A stretch of DNA of 64,000 bases, taken from the NCBI RefSeq assembly GCF_000150275.1, contig NW_002060964.1, forward strand, positions 487,643 to 551,642, written 5' to 3'. This document shows positions 1-14,347 of the stretch, piece by piece (within the stretch, counting starts at the first letter, position 1; each line of letters opens with the position of its first letter). The position numbers were made by a program, and so were the translations under genes. This DNA is from Trichoplax adhaerens (taxonomy: Eukaryota; Animalia; Placozoa). The notes beneath the pieces were generated by a model. That model saw only the letters and a list, made by a program, of their open reading frames with translations, was not told where the DNA came from and made no database searches.

Positions 1-425
1 ATGATCTTAGCTTATAACAGAGTACGTCATTATCTGCTTTGGCATGAAATAGTAATCCTATAGAAGACATGTAGTTAATTATTGCTGTCTCGTATATGAA
101 TGTTGATGCAATATTCATGTCATTACTGATAGTAGATAAATCTTAGACCGATAGTTTAAATAATTGAAATTTGAAAGTAACTGAAGTTTTATATCGATGG
201 CCACAGGCTATCATCTGCTCTTAATTACTGCAATGATTATTAAAGGGCTCCTAGCGATAGTTTTTTAATCGAATACACTACAACGAATAGTGTCGCTGTT
301 TTAGTTTTAATTGCAAATCAGTGCCACTTACTATTCGATATTTGATTTTTACTAATCATTCAAGATTAATTTGTAATCTAATTATGTGATTGATCTAGTT
401 CTATTCACACTTTTATTTCATTTAG

Positions 426-537
426 GCATGTTCAAACTCAATTTACTGAATCTGCAGGAGCACTGGCTTACTTTTCCCTCGTGACTGGAATTACTGTTGG
501 TGCAGCTATTTCATTTGGAATAAGCAAGATCATTTAG
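426..537 (+). CDS. ENT/SLC29 paralog A, terminal exon only (TM11); the rest of the gene lies upstream of the window
   Basis: tttag acceptor, then a 112-nt exon reading (K)HVQTQFTESAGALAYFSLVTGITVGAAISFGISKII*. Same length, phase and sequence type as exon 14 of genes B-F; matches the ENT C-terminal motif (hENT1 ETAGAIMAFFLCLGLALGAVFSF). Confidence 0.9.
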
Positions 538-2991
538 TTCAATATTGAATTTAAATTCATTCATGATTACTTCACCTGTAGTACTTTTACCGGAAATATC
601 TATGGTGATATTAAAGTCGGAAGCAATATTTTGCTGTTTTTTTAGATAACTGCTACTGAATTTCAGCATGGAATTTGGGTATCCTATCAATTTTAATTAA
701 ACAAGGCAGTTTGCAGTAATTCTAGCATTTAAAAGATAAAAAAAACGAATAGCTTGCGAGTACTAGGTTGCTTTATTTTGTTGTACTTTTAATCGATCTG
801 ATTATATCGTGAAGTATTTTATGTTGTATCTTGTACTTGTCTAACTGCTTGTATAGTTGAAAAGTTTATTAAAATCCTGTTTGTCACATCAATTTGCTAT
901 TTTCCCGCTCTGCATGTTAATTGTGACTTACTTGTTGCTAATAAGCATGTGTATCGCTGATCTGAACGCTGTGATGTATTCCGCAAAGACTCGGATCTTA
1001 ATCCATCATACTGTAAAAGAGTTAATAATTTATGAATATTAATGTTAATAGCTATTTAAGTTTACTAATCTTGCTAGTGTTACCCATGTGCAGGCCTTTC
1101 TATCTTCTCCAGGTTATAGTCCTCTACGAATTAAGGAAATTAATGACTATTAAACCTTGCCAATCATTTTCCCTCCTACTCTACATTAGATTGGAAGAAG
1201 ATCGCCCAAGATTCAATCTTCGTCCGATAGTTTAGGTTACTAATTATCATGTATGCAATTATACTTAAGACTTGTTACAGATTTCTATTTTATTGAGTAA
1301 TTCGTCCATTCAGATTCGCCATACACGATGGAGCAAAATAATAATATCGTTGATTCTCTTAGAAATTAATTCTATAACGGCTACAAAAACATGTAAATTT
1401 TCCATGGAAACGGACTGATTAGGTAGAGCAAACGTACATTAAGTTTATGAATAATTAACCTTTAAATTTTAATTGGTATAAACTTATATTATTCTGGCTA
1501 CAACTTAAGCAAGTACCATAGTTATGATTAGTGATTGAAATTACTAAGCAGGTAGACGCAAGCGAGAGTAACATTTAAACTCCAAATAAAGATGGATTAA
1601 TATTATCATCACGCACCACCATACTCGCATTACTCCAACCTAGCAGTATTTATTAAAATGCAGTACGTGCATATTTTACTTCAGTTTTTGCAAAAAGAGC
1701 GTAATATCTAATAGTGTATATGCTGCAGCAAAGCTAGATAAAGACTAATTATATAATATTACCGTTAAATTATATATTACCAATTATTAAGCGCATAGTT
1801 ATTGTAGAATCTACAATATAACTGCAACTCATTGGATTCTTGCACGTAAAAAAACAGAAACTGTATCAGCGAGAACCTACTTTTACATATATTTTCCATT
1901 TGATCTTGTTTTATATTATAATTTTGTACCCAAAATGCCTAGAATGATGCTTCTTATAACAGGAATGCAGACGATACAGAAATAATTAGCTAATGCCAGT
2001 AAGATGGTGCTATGTGTAACTTAACTCTAGCGTCATCAATCACTGCAATTTCAGATAAAACATAAAGTACTTAAACTAATTGATTATTACAGATTTATTG
2101 CTATAAGCGAATTATTTTAGTGCAAAGCAACCTAGTTTACTTAAATAAATAGACCAATAGGTATTTTTATTTGCAGTAATATCAGCTAGAATAAAAAATG
2201 ATTGATTTGAAATGAGCATTTCTAAAAATTGCAAGTTTAGAGATCGTTTGGTTTTAATGCTCGCTTAACTTAGATTAAGCCGTTGATAGTGCTAGTGTGT
2301 CTTTCTAGGATCGAGTAGACTGGACAAATTGCAGTGTAAAATTTTAATTCTACTGGATTATAGAAACTCCTTTTGCAAAGAGTAAAGTGGTACTGTATAG
2401 TATTTTTATTTTAATTTATCAACAACTGCATACGTTAGTGTGTTATTCCAGGATAGACCAACCGAAAAAGTGAGTTTAAAACCTGAGTTTCCATTCCGTG
2501 TTTAGACAGCATGGTGATAATTGAAAGCGGTCTTTCCTTAGTCATTCGCAAGGATGACTAAGTAATAATATTGGTCTCCCTTGAGAGCTAATGTAATTGT
2601 TTCGTCTGATGATCACATAATAATACATTAATGAATAGTGCGTTTATGCCAATCGTTGACTAACTAATCATATAATGATATCATATGTTGCATCTTACTA
2701 CGAGAAAATGGTTCATAATGTGTTCACCATTATAATTTATATAAAAGATGAATAAATACTGTTCTCATTCACTATCGAAAAAGCAATTAAACGGTCAAGA
2801 ATTTCGTCAACTACGATTTTCAACGCTAGACACTATATAAAAAGGCCTTGATCACATTCTATATTGGGAAACGAATCTGTTTTTCATTTTATATAGAGAA
2901 TAATTTGCCTACTCGCTTCTTTACTGAACTGGATTGAATTTTCTCCATTAAATATGATATGATATCTAACTGAACCGAAAAATTTTCCATC

Positions 2992-5900
2992 ATGAGTTCA
3001 AAAAGCGTTGGAGCTAAACCGACTGATAGGTAAATGAATCCATGATGATGTAGAAATGGCACTTGTATTGCATTCATACGTAATGCAGGATATAAATTAA
3101 ATTCCCGTATTTCATTTTGTTGCTTTCGAGCTTATTTTGCTTTCACCATCAAATGAGATCTGATCATAACGGATCAGAACAGGATCGTAGAAGTTAATTA
3201 AGTGTTACTTAAAGAAAGAAAAAGTATTTTTATTTCGCTTCTTTTTCGCCTTTCTTTGACAATTGCTTGCGTTTTTTAGCTAATATCACCTTAGTTGACT
3301 TGACTGCTTTTATAACATGATGGCACATGACAGTAGGTTATCCTATTTTTAAATTTCGCCCAATATTTTTCTCAGCATATCACGATCATCCATCCAATAT
3401 ATTGTTATAATATGTGGCTATAACGATACGACATAACGGAGCACTCTCCTATTTTCACCTTTTTTGTTTACTAGTTTTCGTATCTTTACGATTTGTCAAC
3501 CTTATGTGCACATTTTATACGTAAGTTATTTATTCTATATATAGTCATAATGCTTAGATTAAACGATGTCTTGATAATATAACATTTAACCTAGTTAAAT
3601 TTAACGATGATGTCATGCTAGTATACGTTATACTCCATGCTTGCTGCAGATTAATTCTTATTAAAAATCATTCAGCATTACTGCAGTAAATAGATTGGAT
3701 TTAAGCTGTTTATATGGGTGGGCTATAGTTATAGCCGTATTTAGTGCCATTGTACATTTTTAACTTCGTGATCGTCTGCAAAATTACTAAATAGTTATTA
3801 CTTGTGTTTTTCCATTTCTTTTTAGCTTTCTTGATTGCAAATTTCATTGGTTAATGTGTAGTTTGTGCCGTCTTCTCTAATGCTTATTTTATTCTCAGTA
3901 ACAATGAACTTCATATTTGACTAATTGCCACTTCCTTGAAAATAGAATTTTAACTCAGGGATTATAGTTGGATTTAATCTAGATTATATTTCATACATCA
4001 CAATTGGACTTACCCTAGTGGCTGACATTGAGTTTATTTCACCTCCTCTTAGTTTAAACTTATTCCAATTATCGTTTACATTACTTTCATTAATTACTTC
4101 TTTTTTTTATTACATTATTGATCTTACCTCATTTCTTTCATGGTTCAAGTAATTTCCAATTTTAATTTTTAATATTCCTCAAATTATTAAGCTTACCGTT
4201 AGCTAGCAATCCTATGCTTAACCAACTAAAATTGAATTTATTTTACAGATACAATATAATTTACATTGTCTTCATTATCCTGGGAACCGCTAGTACCTTG
4301 CCCGTGCATATTTTTTATACCGCATCTTCGGTAAGAAATACAGCGTCTTGAATGCTGTATCCTTTCCTTTGATCGACATTTATCCTGCTAAATGTGGCAG
4401 TAAACGTTAATTCTTTATTAATGGAATAACTGATTTGGATATCTGGTAGTACTATAAGGCCAAGCTAAAAGGAACACGATATGAGCATGTCATTGAGAAC
4501 TATTTGATGTTGGCTTACAGTTTACCTACCTTATTTATGGGGGTTATCAATCTTATGCTACTGCGATCGTAAGTAGAAATCAGATAAAATTGTCGATATT
4601 CATAATTCTAGTTTAGTCTTTGACCAAGCTAATAAATGATTTGATTTCAATACATTTAATTTTGGTTTAGATTTGATGTCAGAAAACGACTAGCCTTTTC
4701 AGTAATCATGCTTATAATCTTTTTCACAGCTACGGCTATATTGGCAAAATTAGATACAACCAAATGTAAGGCTTTCTCGTTTATAAATTGTATCATGAAT
4801 AGCTTTATTTGTTATCAATAAATGATACCCTACATAGCGCCTATTCTATCGTAAGATCGTTTTTTCCAATTATATGCTAAGTGGTATTTTGTTTCCAGCT
4901 TTTCTATTGGAAATTACTATTTAACATCTGATGGAACGATCAGATTTATTTGTCTAAGCAAATATAGTTACAAATATTTAGTTTGGGGTAGATCGATCTA
5001 AGTGTTCATTGCTGGTATTGAATAAATTTAAAGGTTACGAAAAATTTTACTACAAGTGACGATTTTTTCTTCATTCTAGAACTAATGAAGGTTAATTTTG
5101 TGATTTATTTATTGTAGGGAAAATGACATTTTTTATATTAAGCCTAACAATTATCTCCTTGAACAGCGGTAGGTAAGGCATTGCCCACAAGTTATTTACC
5201 ATCCGTTGCATATACGGGGGTATATATAAAACATTATCCGTTTAATTATTCTAACACAGTTACAAAATATTAATTATGTCTTTAATCATGCAACAAATAT
5301 ATTCAGGAATAAACTGATATTCTTGACAGATAAATGGATGACTAATTACAGCATACTATGCAGTAGTTAAGCTATCAATGGCTCGTAATTCTACGCGCAA
5401 ACTAATTTGTACTAGAATAAAATTGGTAAATCAAAATCATTCTAGTATTAGCTGCTTCTATCCCTACTCTAAGCTAGTCACTCAATAATTTGGCCCCAAT
5501 TGTGGTGACTAAAGTAATTTATGAATAATTATTGTTGAAAAATAGAATAGTAATCGCATAGTTATACAATGTAACTGAGTACATCACCAATCCTAAGACT
5601 ACTCCCCTCTCCAACACCTCACTAATCTTTCTCCAATATGTAACATTCTGGATATTACCAATTGTATTTGGTCATCATTCTAATATTTTCATTGGGATCT
5701 CTATTTCACTATAAAATATATTTTACATCAATTAATCACAAAGTCTTAACGTAATTAAGTAGAGGCTACTTGAAACAACTCGAAAATTTTCAATGCCTCG
5801 CTCATTGAATCTCGTCACAATGTTTCTTATGCCTCAAGTTTAAGAACTAGTCATTTTATTATCATTATTTCTCATTCTAAAATTGGTCATGAGCAAGCAG

Positions 5901-8900
5901 CATATTAAATCGATATTAACGTAAATGTTTATTGCTACCTTTGCAGCATTTTTAGCTGAGGTAAATGTAAAAATTTCACTTTTCTTAATTCCTTCTTGTA
6001 TCTATGTAACAGTGTATTATAATAAATATGCGTATAATTAATTATGCCTGCATTCTTTTTAATTCTTATCTAGTGTTTGGAAGTACTATATATCAAGGAA
6101 GCTTATTTGGATTAGCTAGTATTTTTCCAAAGGAATATGCACAAGCGCTGATCACTGGTCAAGTAAGGGGTTTTATGAGCCAACATTGAATAATACTATT
6201 GCAGAAACTAATTGTTTCATTGATTCTTTTCAGATTAAAGTACTCATATGTAGCATAGATTTGAGTTTATATTTAAAACAGCAGCCTTATTGCGGCTTAA
6301 TTTTATTCACTAGATTTCGAAATTTTTATTAATTAGTTTATTTGATTTCTTTACAGGCTTTAGCTGGTGTTTTTACAGCAATTGTCAACATATTATCATT
6401 AATCGGTATAGTATAGACCTTAATTGTGGATCATCATGTAATTTCCTTATGTTAATGCAATTACTAATGTATGAGTATCTTAAAAACATATTTAACTAGT
6501 AATAAATTTTTCGAATAAATATTTGTATGCTTAAATACCTGTAATATATATGTGATGATATAAAACTGTCATCAGTTACTAGTTAGTAACTAGTTAAATT
6601 GCCCATCTACTAGTTTCTAGACAACTTAACAAGTTTGGATTAGGTAAATAAACATTCGATTAACCTGAGCAATAAATAGTTTATTTAAAGCTAGCTCAAT
6701 CCATTCGCTACACTAGGACGAAAGTTTAATAAACCTAATTTTCCGGCTATGTTAATGCATATTTTGCATATATATATATTTCGAGACCTCGGTGTGATGT
6801 GAATGCAATTGTAATGCACTTGCTTTGTCTATATTTAAATATGCTTAGATCTTTTCGAATAAGGCATCGTACCTGATTAGATTAAGTTAATTTAATGCTG
6901 GTACTAAAAATACCATTAGTTTCCAGAACTTATCACTATTGCAACGCTTCCGAATTCCTTTTTACCATTAATTTGAGATTATAATTATGTACGCATAGTT
7001 GGCGTTCTAGCATTATGTCCATTAGCTAACCCTTGATACTAATGCAAAGATCATGAAATTTTTTGTACTAAACTTAAATATTTTTGCGATGACTTATTGC
7101 AGCTAGCCATTCTGCAAGCCATAGTGGTGTTGCCTACTTTATCTGTGGAATAATTTTACTATTGGTATCCTTAATAATTCAATTATTACTGAAAAAGAAT
7201 GTTAGTATCTCATTCATTTGCTAACGGCTAAAGAATCAACAAAAAGTTTTTGTATAGATATGACAAGCTATTGATATTTTCTTGATGCTGATCAATTCAA
7301 TTTTTTATTCTGTTTCTAGGCTTTTGCAAGATATTATATGGAACTAAATTTAGAATATGGTATATGATCGCCCAGCGATTAGAGTGAAATATTTATCCTG
7401 AACCTCTTATTTGCAAATATGTATAAATTATTTTACGATTCAATTATACAATAGATACCTATCAGAGGAAAAAACTGTTAAGCCATGAAGACGAATTTAG
7501 TGAAACCGATGAAGAACATGAACGTGTTCCAAATGAGGATAGCCGAATATATCGTATTAAGCACATTATAAACAAGGTAATAATGAACAGAAAATTGAAT
7601 ATACCACAGCAGCAACTCGCATTACCGTAGTCCTGGATTTTGAAACAAAGTAACTTCTAAAGGGAAAATATCGATCTTGATTTAAAATCTTAATCCCTAA
7701 ACATCAAATCGAAAATTGCAGTGAATGAAACGTGATACGTCAATTGGCAAATTATTATTAGAAGCAATAATGCAGAGAATGCAGATAATACTTCCTGAAG
7801 TAATTGCACAACAATGTGAAAAATTACTGTTAGCTATATTATAATCGAGTTATAGTAATGCTCTCTTTTTGTAGATATTTTCTCCAGTTTAAATACAATT
7901 TTTCTAGGTGAATTACCTAATTAATTACTTGTTACGCGCTAGTAATTGATAGGACTAAATCTACATAATTATAATGTAAGCCACCTCTGATTAAATTCTA
8001 ATTAAATCACTGCCTCTAGTACAACCATGCCAGTTCAGATCGATTATTTGCTTACAATTCTATTCTAAATTTAGCTTTCAATCCTATCACCAGTGGATGG
8101 TTGAATGTAGTCAGCTCGATTAAGTTAAAAATTTAGCATAAGTAGGATTTAACATTTGTAGCTGTACAGATTCAGTTATTTCGATTTCGTTAGAAATGAA
8201 TGCAAGTAATAAGCAGGACTTAATAAAATTGAAGTCTAAATGAAAACGGTAAATTATAACTCAGATATCCACGAGATTCAGATTAAGAGAAATTTGTGAT
8301 TCATTTGTAAGATGGTTTTTACTGTAATCTAAAAGCTAAGATAAACACAGTTACAAATAGTTAAAAATATTTATGTTATTATTATAGAATTGTCTACTTT
8401 GATTACCTATTGGTAGTAATTTATCTAGTAATTAAATTTATAGAGTATAAATTCTAAAAGATAGCTCTGACGGTAATGAAAAAAAGTGATATGATTATTT
8501 CATAATTTAAAATTCTTTTAATGTTTAACTAAATATAATTCTTGAAACTGGTTGCTCTAGTCAATTTATCTCATTTCAGACATGGCCAGTCGTTTTGGCG
8601 TATTTTTTTTGCCATACAATCACGTTTTGTGTATTTCCTTCCATTTCGTCTCGTGCAGTTTCTATCTACCATCAAAGTCATAGCAAATTAACAGGTGTTT
8701 CTAAGGTTTACGTTTTAATAAGATATGAATAATAGGAATACTTCGTCTACTTTTACGCCTGAAGTTGATGCTATCATTATCAAATGTTCGAATTGTAGTA
8801 ATGGCAAAATAAATTTTTTATGTAACGAATACTATTACAAGTTGGTTAGGCTACTATTTCCTTTAAATTTTTTATTAGTATTGATGATGATTAAATTATG

Positions 8901-10982
8901 AGGCTGAATCGTAATCAGCCTGCAGTTTCTAAGTAAATCTTTGCTCTAATTTAATCTCTGTATTTAAATTTATTGTTTTATGTTCGCTTTCTGTTCTCTA
9001 AATTAGTAATTGAGGCTGAGGAAAATTCTCAGCTAATCAATTAATTAAGCACTGCTAAAAACTATCTTTCGAAGACTAATCTTGATATAATTGAAGATCA
9101 TTTTACTATTCATAACTTAATATACAGGCTATGAACAATATTTTATTTCATAAGCTGCATACTAGAATTTAAAATTGACTGTCATTTAAGAAATATCAAA
9201 ATTAATTTACTCTAGGCATCACCTGCGTGACACTATTTAATATTCATTTTTTTCTAAGGTCCTTTATTTATACCAGTAGCGTGCTTCGTAGTTTTTGCTG
9301 TAGCTGATGTCGTTGGCCGACTTATTTCTAGATGGATATTGATGGTTAGTTCATTCATGCAGACATTTTACTCATTAAAGTGTAAGAAAATCTGAACGTT
9401 AACAAAATAGCAATAGTATGCTTATAAAAAGTCATCAGAGTAATGTCTTATACCTTTTATATTGGTATTATGATTAAACTGTTTACTTAGTCTGTATTTT
9501 CTAGAACAACTGCTTATTTAAAATTTCCTACAACATAAGCATATACTTTTGACATAGTATTTAATGGACCGATGTTGCAGTCACTACTTCAGTGTCTTAA
9601 TTAGAATAGAAATATTAAGAACATCATTTCTAGTTCAAGTGCTTTAGCTTATTTATCTGCACTTAAATCAATAAATTAATAGACTAAATATTCATTCATT
9701 AATATTAGCTAGTATTAAAAAAATGAAATGATAAAATTCTGAAGCATTTTAGATAAGAATAAGGAAAGTAATAATCTTAAGTAAATAGAAATTAGATATT
9801 GTAAATGGCTACCGATTACGATCTAACTTGTCTTATTCTACTTTGCTTTACTCCTTCAATACTAACGGATCTAGCCAAGTCAAAATCAAGGTCTATCTTT
9901 ACTGTTTATGTCTATAAGCAGAATTTCTCTTATTCCACTCTTCCTCTATTGTAACGTCAAACCTCGACAGCATTTACCTGTCAAAATTTACAGCGATATT
10001 GCTTATATCATTCTAATACTACTGCTTGGTATTTCTCATGGATATGTCGGTACACTGTGTGCTATGTATGCACCAAAGTAAGTACTGTCCTAGAAAGAAC
10101 TGAAAATGTATAGTCATAATGACGATATTATTACTTTTTACTTACAATTATTTCTATCAACACTCACCGAGGTAAAAAAAGATCACAATTTTAGCGGATA
10201 AATTAAAAATTTATTACAATTATGGTAAATTCACAAAATATTTAATTATTGATAAATGCTCGACGTAGTTTAGAAATGGATTTTATCTTTTCTGAATTCC
10301 TACACAGAATTATTTATTGATTTCGATAACCAAGATTGCTATTGCTGTAGGCTTTATATCGATTTAATCAACTTTTTCACAATGTTTGGGTAAGAATAAT
10401 CACAGTTATAAGTAGAGCACGGCATTATCTTAGCTGGGAATTAAATAATCCTATAAAAGATACGTAGCTAATAACTGCCACCTGGTATATGAATTATGAT
10501 GTGATAGTCGAATCACAAGTAATAGTCTGACGGAGCTTTGACTGATATGATAATGATTGAAATTCGAGCATAAATGATGATTTACTTTGGTGATCGTAAC
10601 AGGCTACTACATGTTTTTAATCACTATAAGAATTAATGATTATTGCAAATAATTGTGAAATCGAATTCATAAGCAACAAATTATTTTGTCCAGTTTTCAC
10701 TCTTGATGGATGTTCAGGGCTACTTATCTGTTTGGTATTTAATTGCCAATAATTAATGAGTTGAAAATTCTTTTCGCCATCTCCTATTTACTCGCATGTC
10801 ATCCTTTTAGTAGATCCCAATAGTTTAACAAGGTATGATATAGTTATACTTTCATTTTCATTTTATTTAGGCGTGTTCAAGCTCGATTTAGTGAATCTGC
10901 AGGAGCCTTGGCTTACTTTGCTCTCATTGCTGGAGTGGCTACTGGTACGGCAATATCGTTTGGACTCATTGCGATCATTTAG
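2992..10982 (+). CDS. Equilibrative nucleoside transporter family protein, paralog B (14 exons, about 432 aa)
   Basis: Exons 2992-3029, 4249-4330, 4450-4568, 4671-4765, 5118-5168, 6074-6162, 6357-6405, 7103-7200, 7320-7359, 7455-7576, 8580-8694, 9259-9344, 9875-10077, 10871-10982. All introns GT-AG with consistent phases; total 1299 nt open frame. Motifs: MSSKSVGAKPTDRY, IYQGSLFGLASIFP, GQALAG, FIPVACF..ADVVGR, PLFLYCN, SHGY, ESAGA. Confidence 0.92.
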
Positions 10983-11464
10983 CTCATTGATGCAATCCAA
11001 TTAACGCATATTTGCAAAAAACTTACACTGCTAATACTGGGTCGTGGTAAACAATTGCAATAATTAACTGAGTCTAACTGTTGCTATGATTTAGTATCAA
11101 GTTCGGATATCCAGTTAATTTTAAATTGTGATTAGATTCAAAGGGATTAAAGACATTTAATTTAAATACGAATAACTTGGAAAAAGTAGATTAAGTTATT
11201 CCGTTGTTTGCTTCTAGCTGATTTACGAAGTTGTGAATATCGGGGGTGCTAATGAATTGTCCTCAAATCACTATACTTATGCAATTTATTTAACCAATTT
11301 AATGTTTCCACTTGTTATTTTCGTACTTTTGCATGATATGACTAATTGCTGTCAGTGAAGCTTATTGTGATCTGATAGGTATAATTTATTGCACAAAGAT
11401 ACAAATGTTTATCAAAATATGCTGAGAGGAGTCAAAATTTATTGTATGTTAATGATTCGAGGAC

Positions 11465-11578
11465 NNNNNNNNNNNNNNNNNNNNNNNNNNNNNNNNNNNN
11501 NNNNNNNNNNNNNNNNNNNNNNNNNNNNNNNNNNNNNNNNNNNNNNNNNNNNNNNNNNNNNNNNNNNNNNNNNNNNNN
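11465..11578. other. Assembly gap
   Basis: Run of N. Confidence 1.
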
Positions 11579-13324
11579 TTAATTCGTGCTTGTAATGATA
11601 TGCTATATGTAAATTAACTCTAAATTTATCAATTATTGTAATTTCAGGTAAAAATTAAAGTTCATGAAGTAATTGACTATTCTAGATTTATTGCTTTAAG
11701 TCGGGTATATTAATACTGTTTTGTGAAATGGAACAGGATACCATATAAATTTTTACAGTATGAAATATAGCTGTGGTATTAACATGACTATAACCTATAA
11801 CACTGATAACTTTACTCTGAAACTTAATTTAAAAAGTTTAGTTCGATAGGAAACTAGCACAGAGGTAGATGAGCTGAAATTTTTGGCGTTATTAGAAAGT
11901 TGAAATTCTTCGATGTAAATAGTATGCAGATGCATTCAGCAATTAATTCATTATAGCAATAGTAAGCCTTATTTTAATTACATTTTCGCTATGATTTATT
12001 ATTTCCTAGTGCTTCTCAGTTTTACTTCCTTCATTCTGACTAATTTTTTGATTTCAAGAAATCGCCGTCGTTGTGAATAAAAGTTTTTAATTTAGATTTC
12101 AGAAAAAAGTACATTAAAGTCGCTTTATTCCTTACTATTGATTATTATTAGTCTCATCTGTATTATTAATTTCGTACTAGCCGTTTATATTTCGTACTCA
12201 AATGGCGAGTATTGCTAAGCTGAAATTGATCGAGTCTTTTGAGCAAGTAAGGTAATACATTATTTTCCTTTAACCGACGATCTAGTTCCCCAGAGTTTCT
12301 TGCTTTGGAGGTTTATTGCCATATCACTACGAGTTATTTTATTAGCAGATTCTACTTTGCCTTGCCATCAAATAGCGATTCCTTTAGTAAACAGACTATA
12401 CAATATTAAATTTTGACATAACAGTTAACGTATTCAATCTGCTTTTGCCCCATTTTAATCCCAAAATTGGCCTAGCTGCAGCTTCTGTATTGACAAACAT
12501 CTCTTTCTATAGCTAGACGGTCTAGATAAGATTTAAGTGCATTATAGCTACTGATTGATTTTCATTTCATCATAGATATTATTCTACAATTACTGGCATC
12601 ATGTTACCATACCTCTATTGCCCCTTGAACATCTCATTTCACTTCAAATTGCAAACTTCAAAGAATGCGAAGGAAATTAGGATTTCCTTCCACTTGTTGC
12701 TAGCTTGTTTGCTTTTTATCGTGAACAGGAATTAGACATAGAAGTTCCTTTTTTATCCTCATTTACGTCACATTCTATGTTTTTTATCTATTATGCAAAG
12801 CTTAAAATCGATAAGTGCCTTCGTAATAGGTAGGTTTAGATTAAGTTCATTTTAGCATTTAATCCTATTTCTCCTAGGTTCTTTCAGTCATAGATAGAGA
12901 CAATATAATGACTGCGAAGGTGAGATTTTAAAATTGTTTAGCGATTATGTGCAGTAGAAATTTGTTTAACTTGAGCTTATTTTAGATTTTAAAATGTTAT
13001 TTAAATGTTATTTCATTGACGCCTGAAATGAAGGTTAGGGTAAAAGTAGATAGCATCATCTCGGCTAGCTATGCCACTTGCCTACCTGCAATCTACTGAC
13101 AATTGAGTGACAGAGGGATTAAACTTGCATTAATTTCAGATATGTAGTAATTCTTCTAATTTATTTTCCATCTCGTGCTTATAAGAATGTATAAAGCCAC
13201 ACCCGAATACATCATTTCTTGATCAGGACCATAGGACAAGCTTAAAGGAGAGCGGTGACTTTATTAGAATTGATGGCCTTTGAATTTACTTTATATGCGA
13301 TTTAAGCTTGCAATTTATTTTCCT

Positions 13325-13565
13325 AGATGTAGTAAAAGGACTAAAAGTAGAGTCCATTGTAGTTTTTAGTATGTAATTAGTATTATTTTACTATACAAAA
13401 TACCTAGAAAGTGATAGTGTCTTTAAGTTTTACCCTACCAAATCATCATGTCGCCATCTTTTCTTCTTCATTATTTTACAAGGTATTATATAGATTACTA
13501 TAGAAGTAGCCCTATAGAGCAAATGCCTAATCTAAAGAAAGGGCGTTTCATCGTCTATTCAAATT
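13325..13565 (+). repeat. Dispersed repeat of about 240 bp, copy 1 (upstream of gene C; runs into a gap)
   Basis: Aligns with 50605-50845: taagttttaccct.ccaaat...atgtcgccat.ttttcttc...tatagattactatagaa...cctaatctaaagaaag.gcgttt. Confidence 0.85.
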
Positions 13566-13615
13566 NNNNNNNNNNNNNNNNNNNNNNNNNNNNNNNNNNN
13601 NNNNNNNNNNNNNNN
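13566..13615. other. Assembly gap
   Basis: Run of N. Confidence 1.
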
Positions 13616-14347
13616 TCTATATTTCTTTGATGATTTATAGAATCATCAACTAACCTGTGCTTGCTCAGTAATGGTCGTTTTATACAATCGAACACAATTT
13701 CTTTAATGTTTACCAAGCGATGATGTAGAATGACTAAAGGGAGTAACTATACTTCTTTGAAGCAATAGTTAATACTGTAGCTACAAATATAATTATCGGT
13801 ATAACAGTAGTATATTGGACAATTCTTGTGGCGAAATTGTTCATCGCTTTAAATTTAATACAAGGCTAACTACCGTCAACATTGAATTCGATAGCAAACA
13901 GAACTTTTCATAGATTCAACCACTACGTTATTCCCTACGGGTTTTGTACTGATTATAATTGTAATCAATTTAAAGTCCTTAGAGAATAAAGTAGTCGGTG
14001 AATCTAACGTACATATGCACAATAAAAACAAATAGTGAATAGAAGTATAGTGATTCCCTAGAGTCATTCTTTCTTTTCGCTCGATAAATATTGAATTCCA
14101 TTGATGCTGCATTTATTAGCACAAATAGTAGTTACATTATTTTATATTAATTATGCTTATGTGAAGAAAAAAGCTTTAATAAGTGATATGAAACTGCTTA
14201 GAAAGTCAAGTGGAAAGAATAAGAAGTAACGTTTTATCGCAAGTTTTTGATTAAAGTCACTTTTGATTACGTTAGAGCTTCCATTTAATTTAAGATTTGT
14301 CTTTAAATCTGATCTAGTCTAAAAGCTCATTGTTGAATCGTTCTACT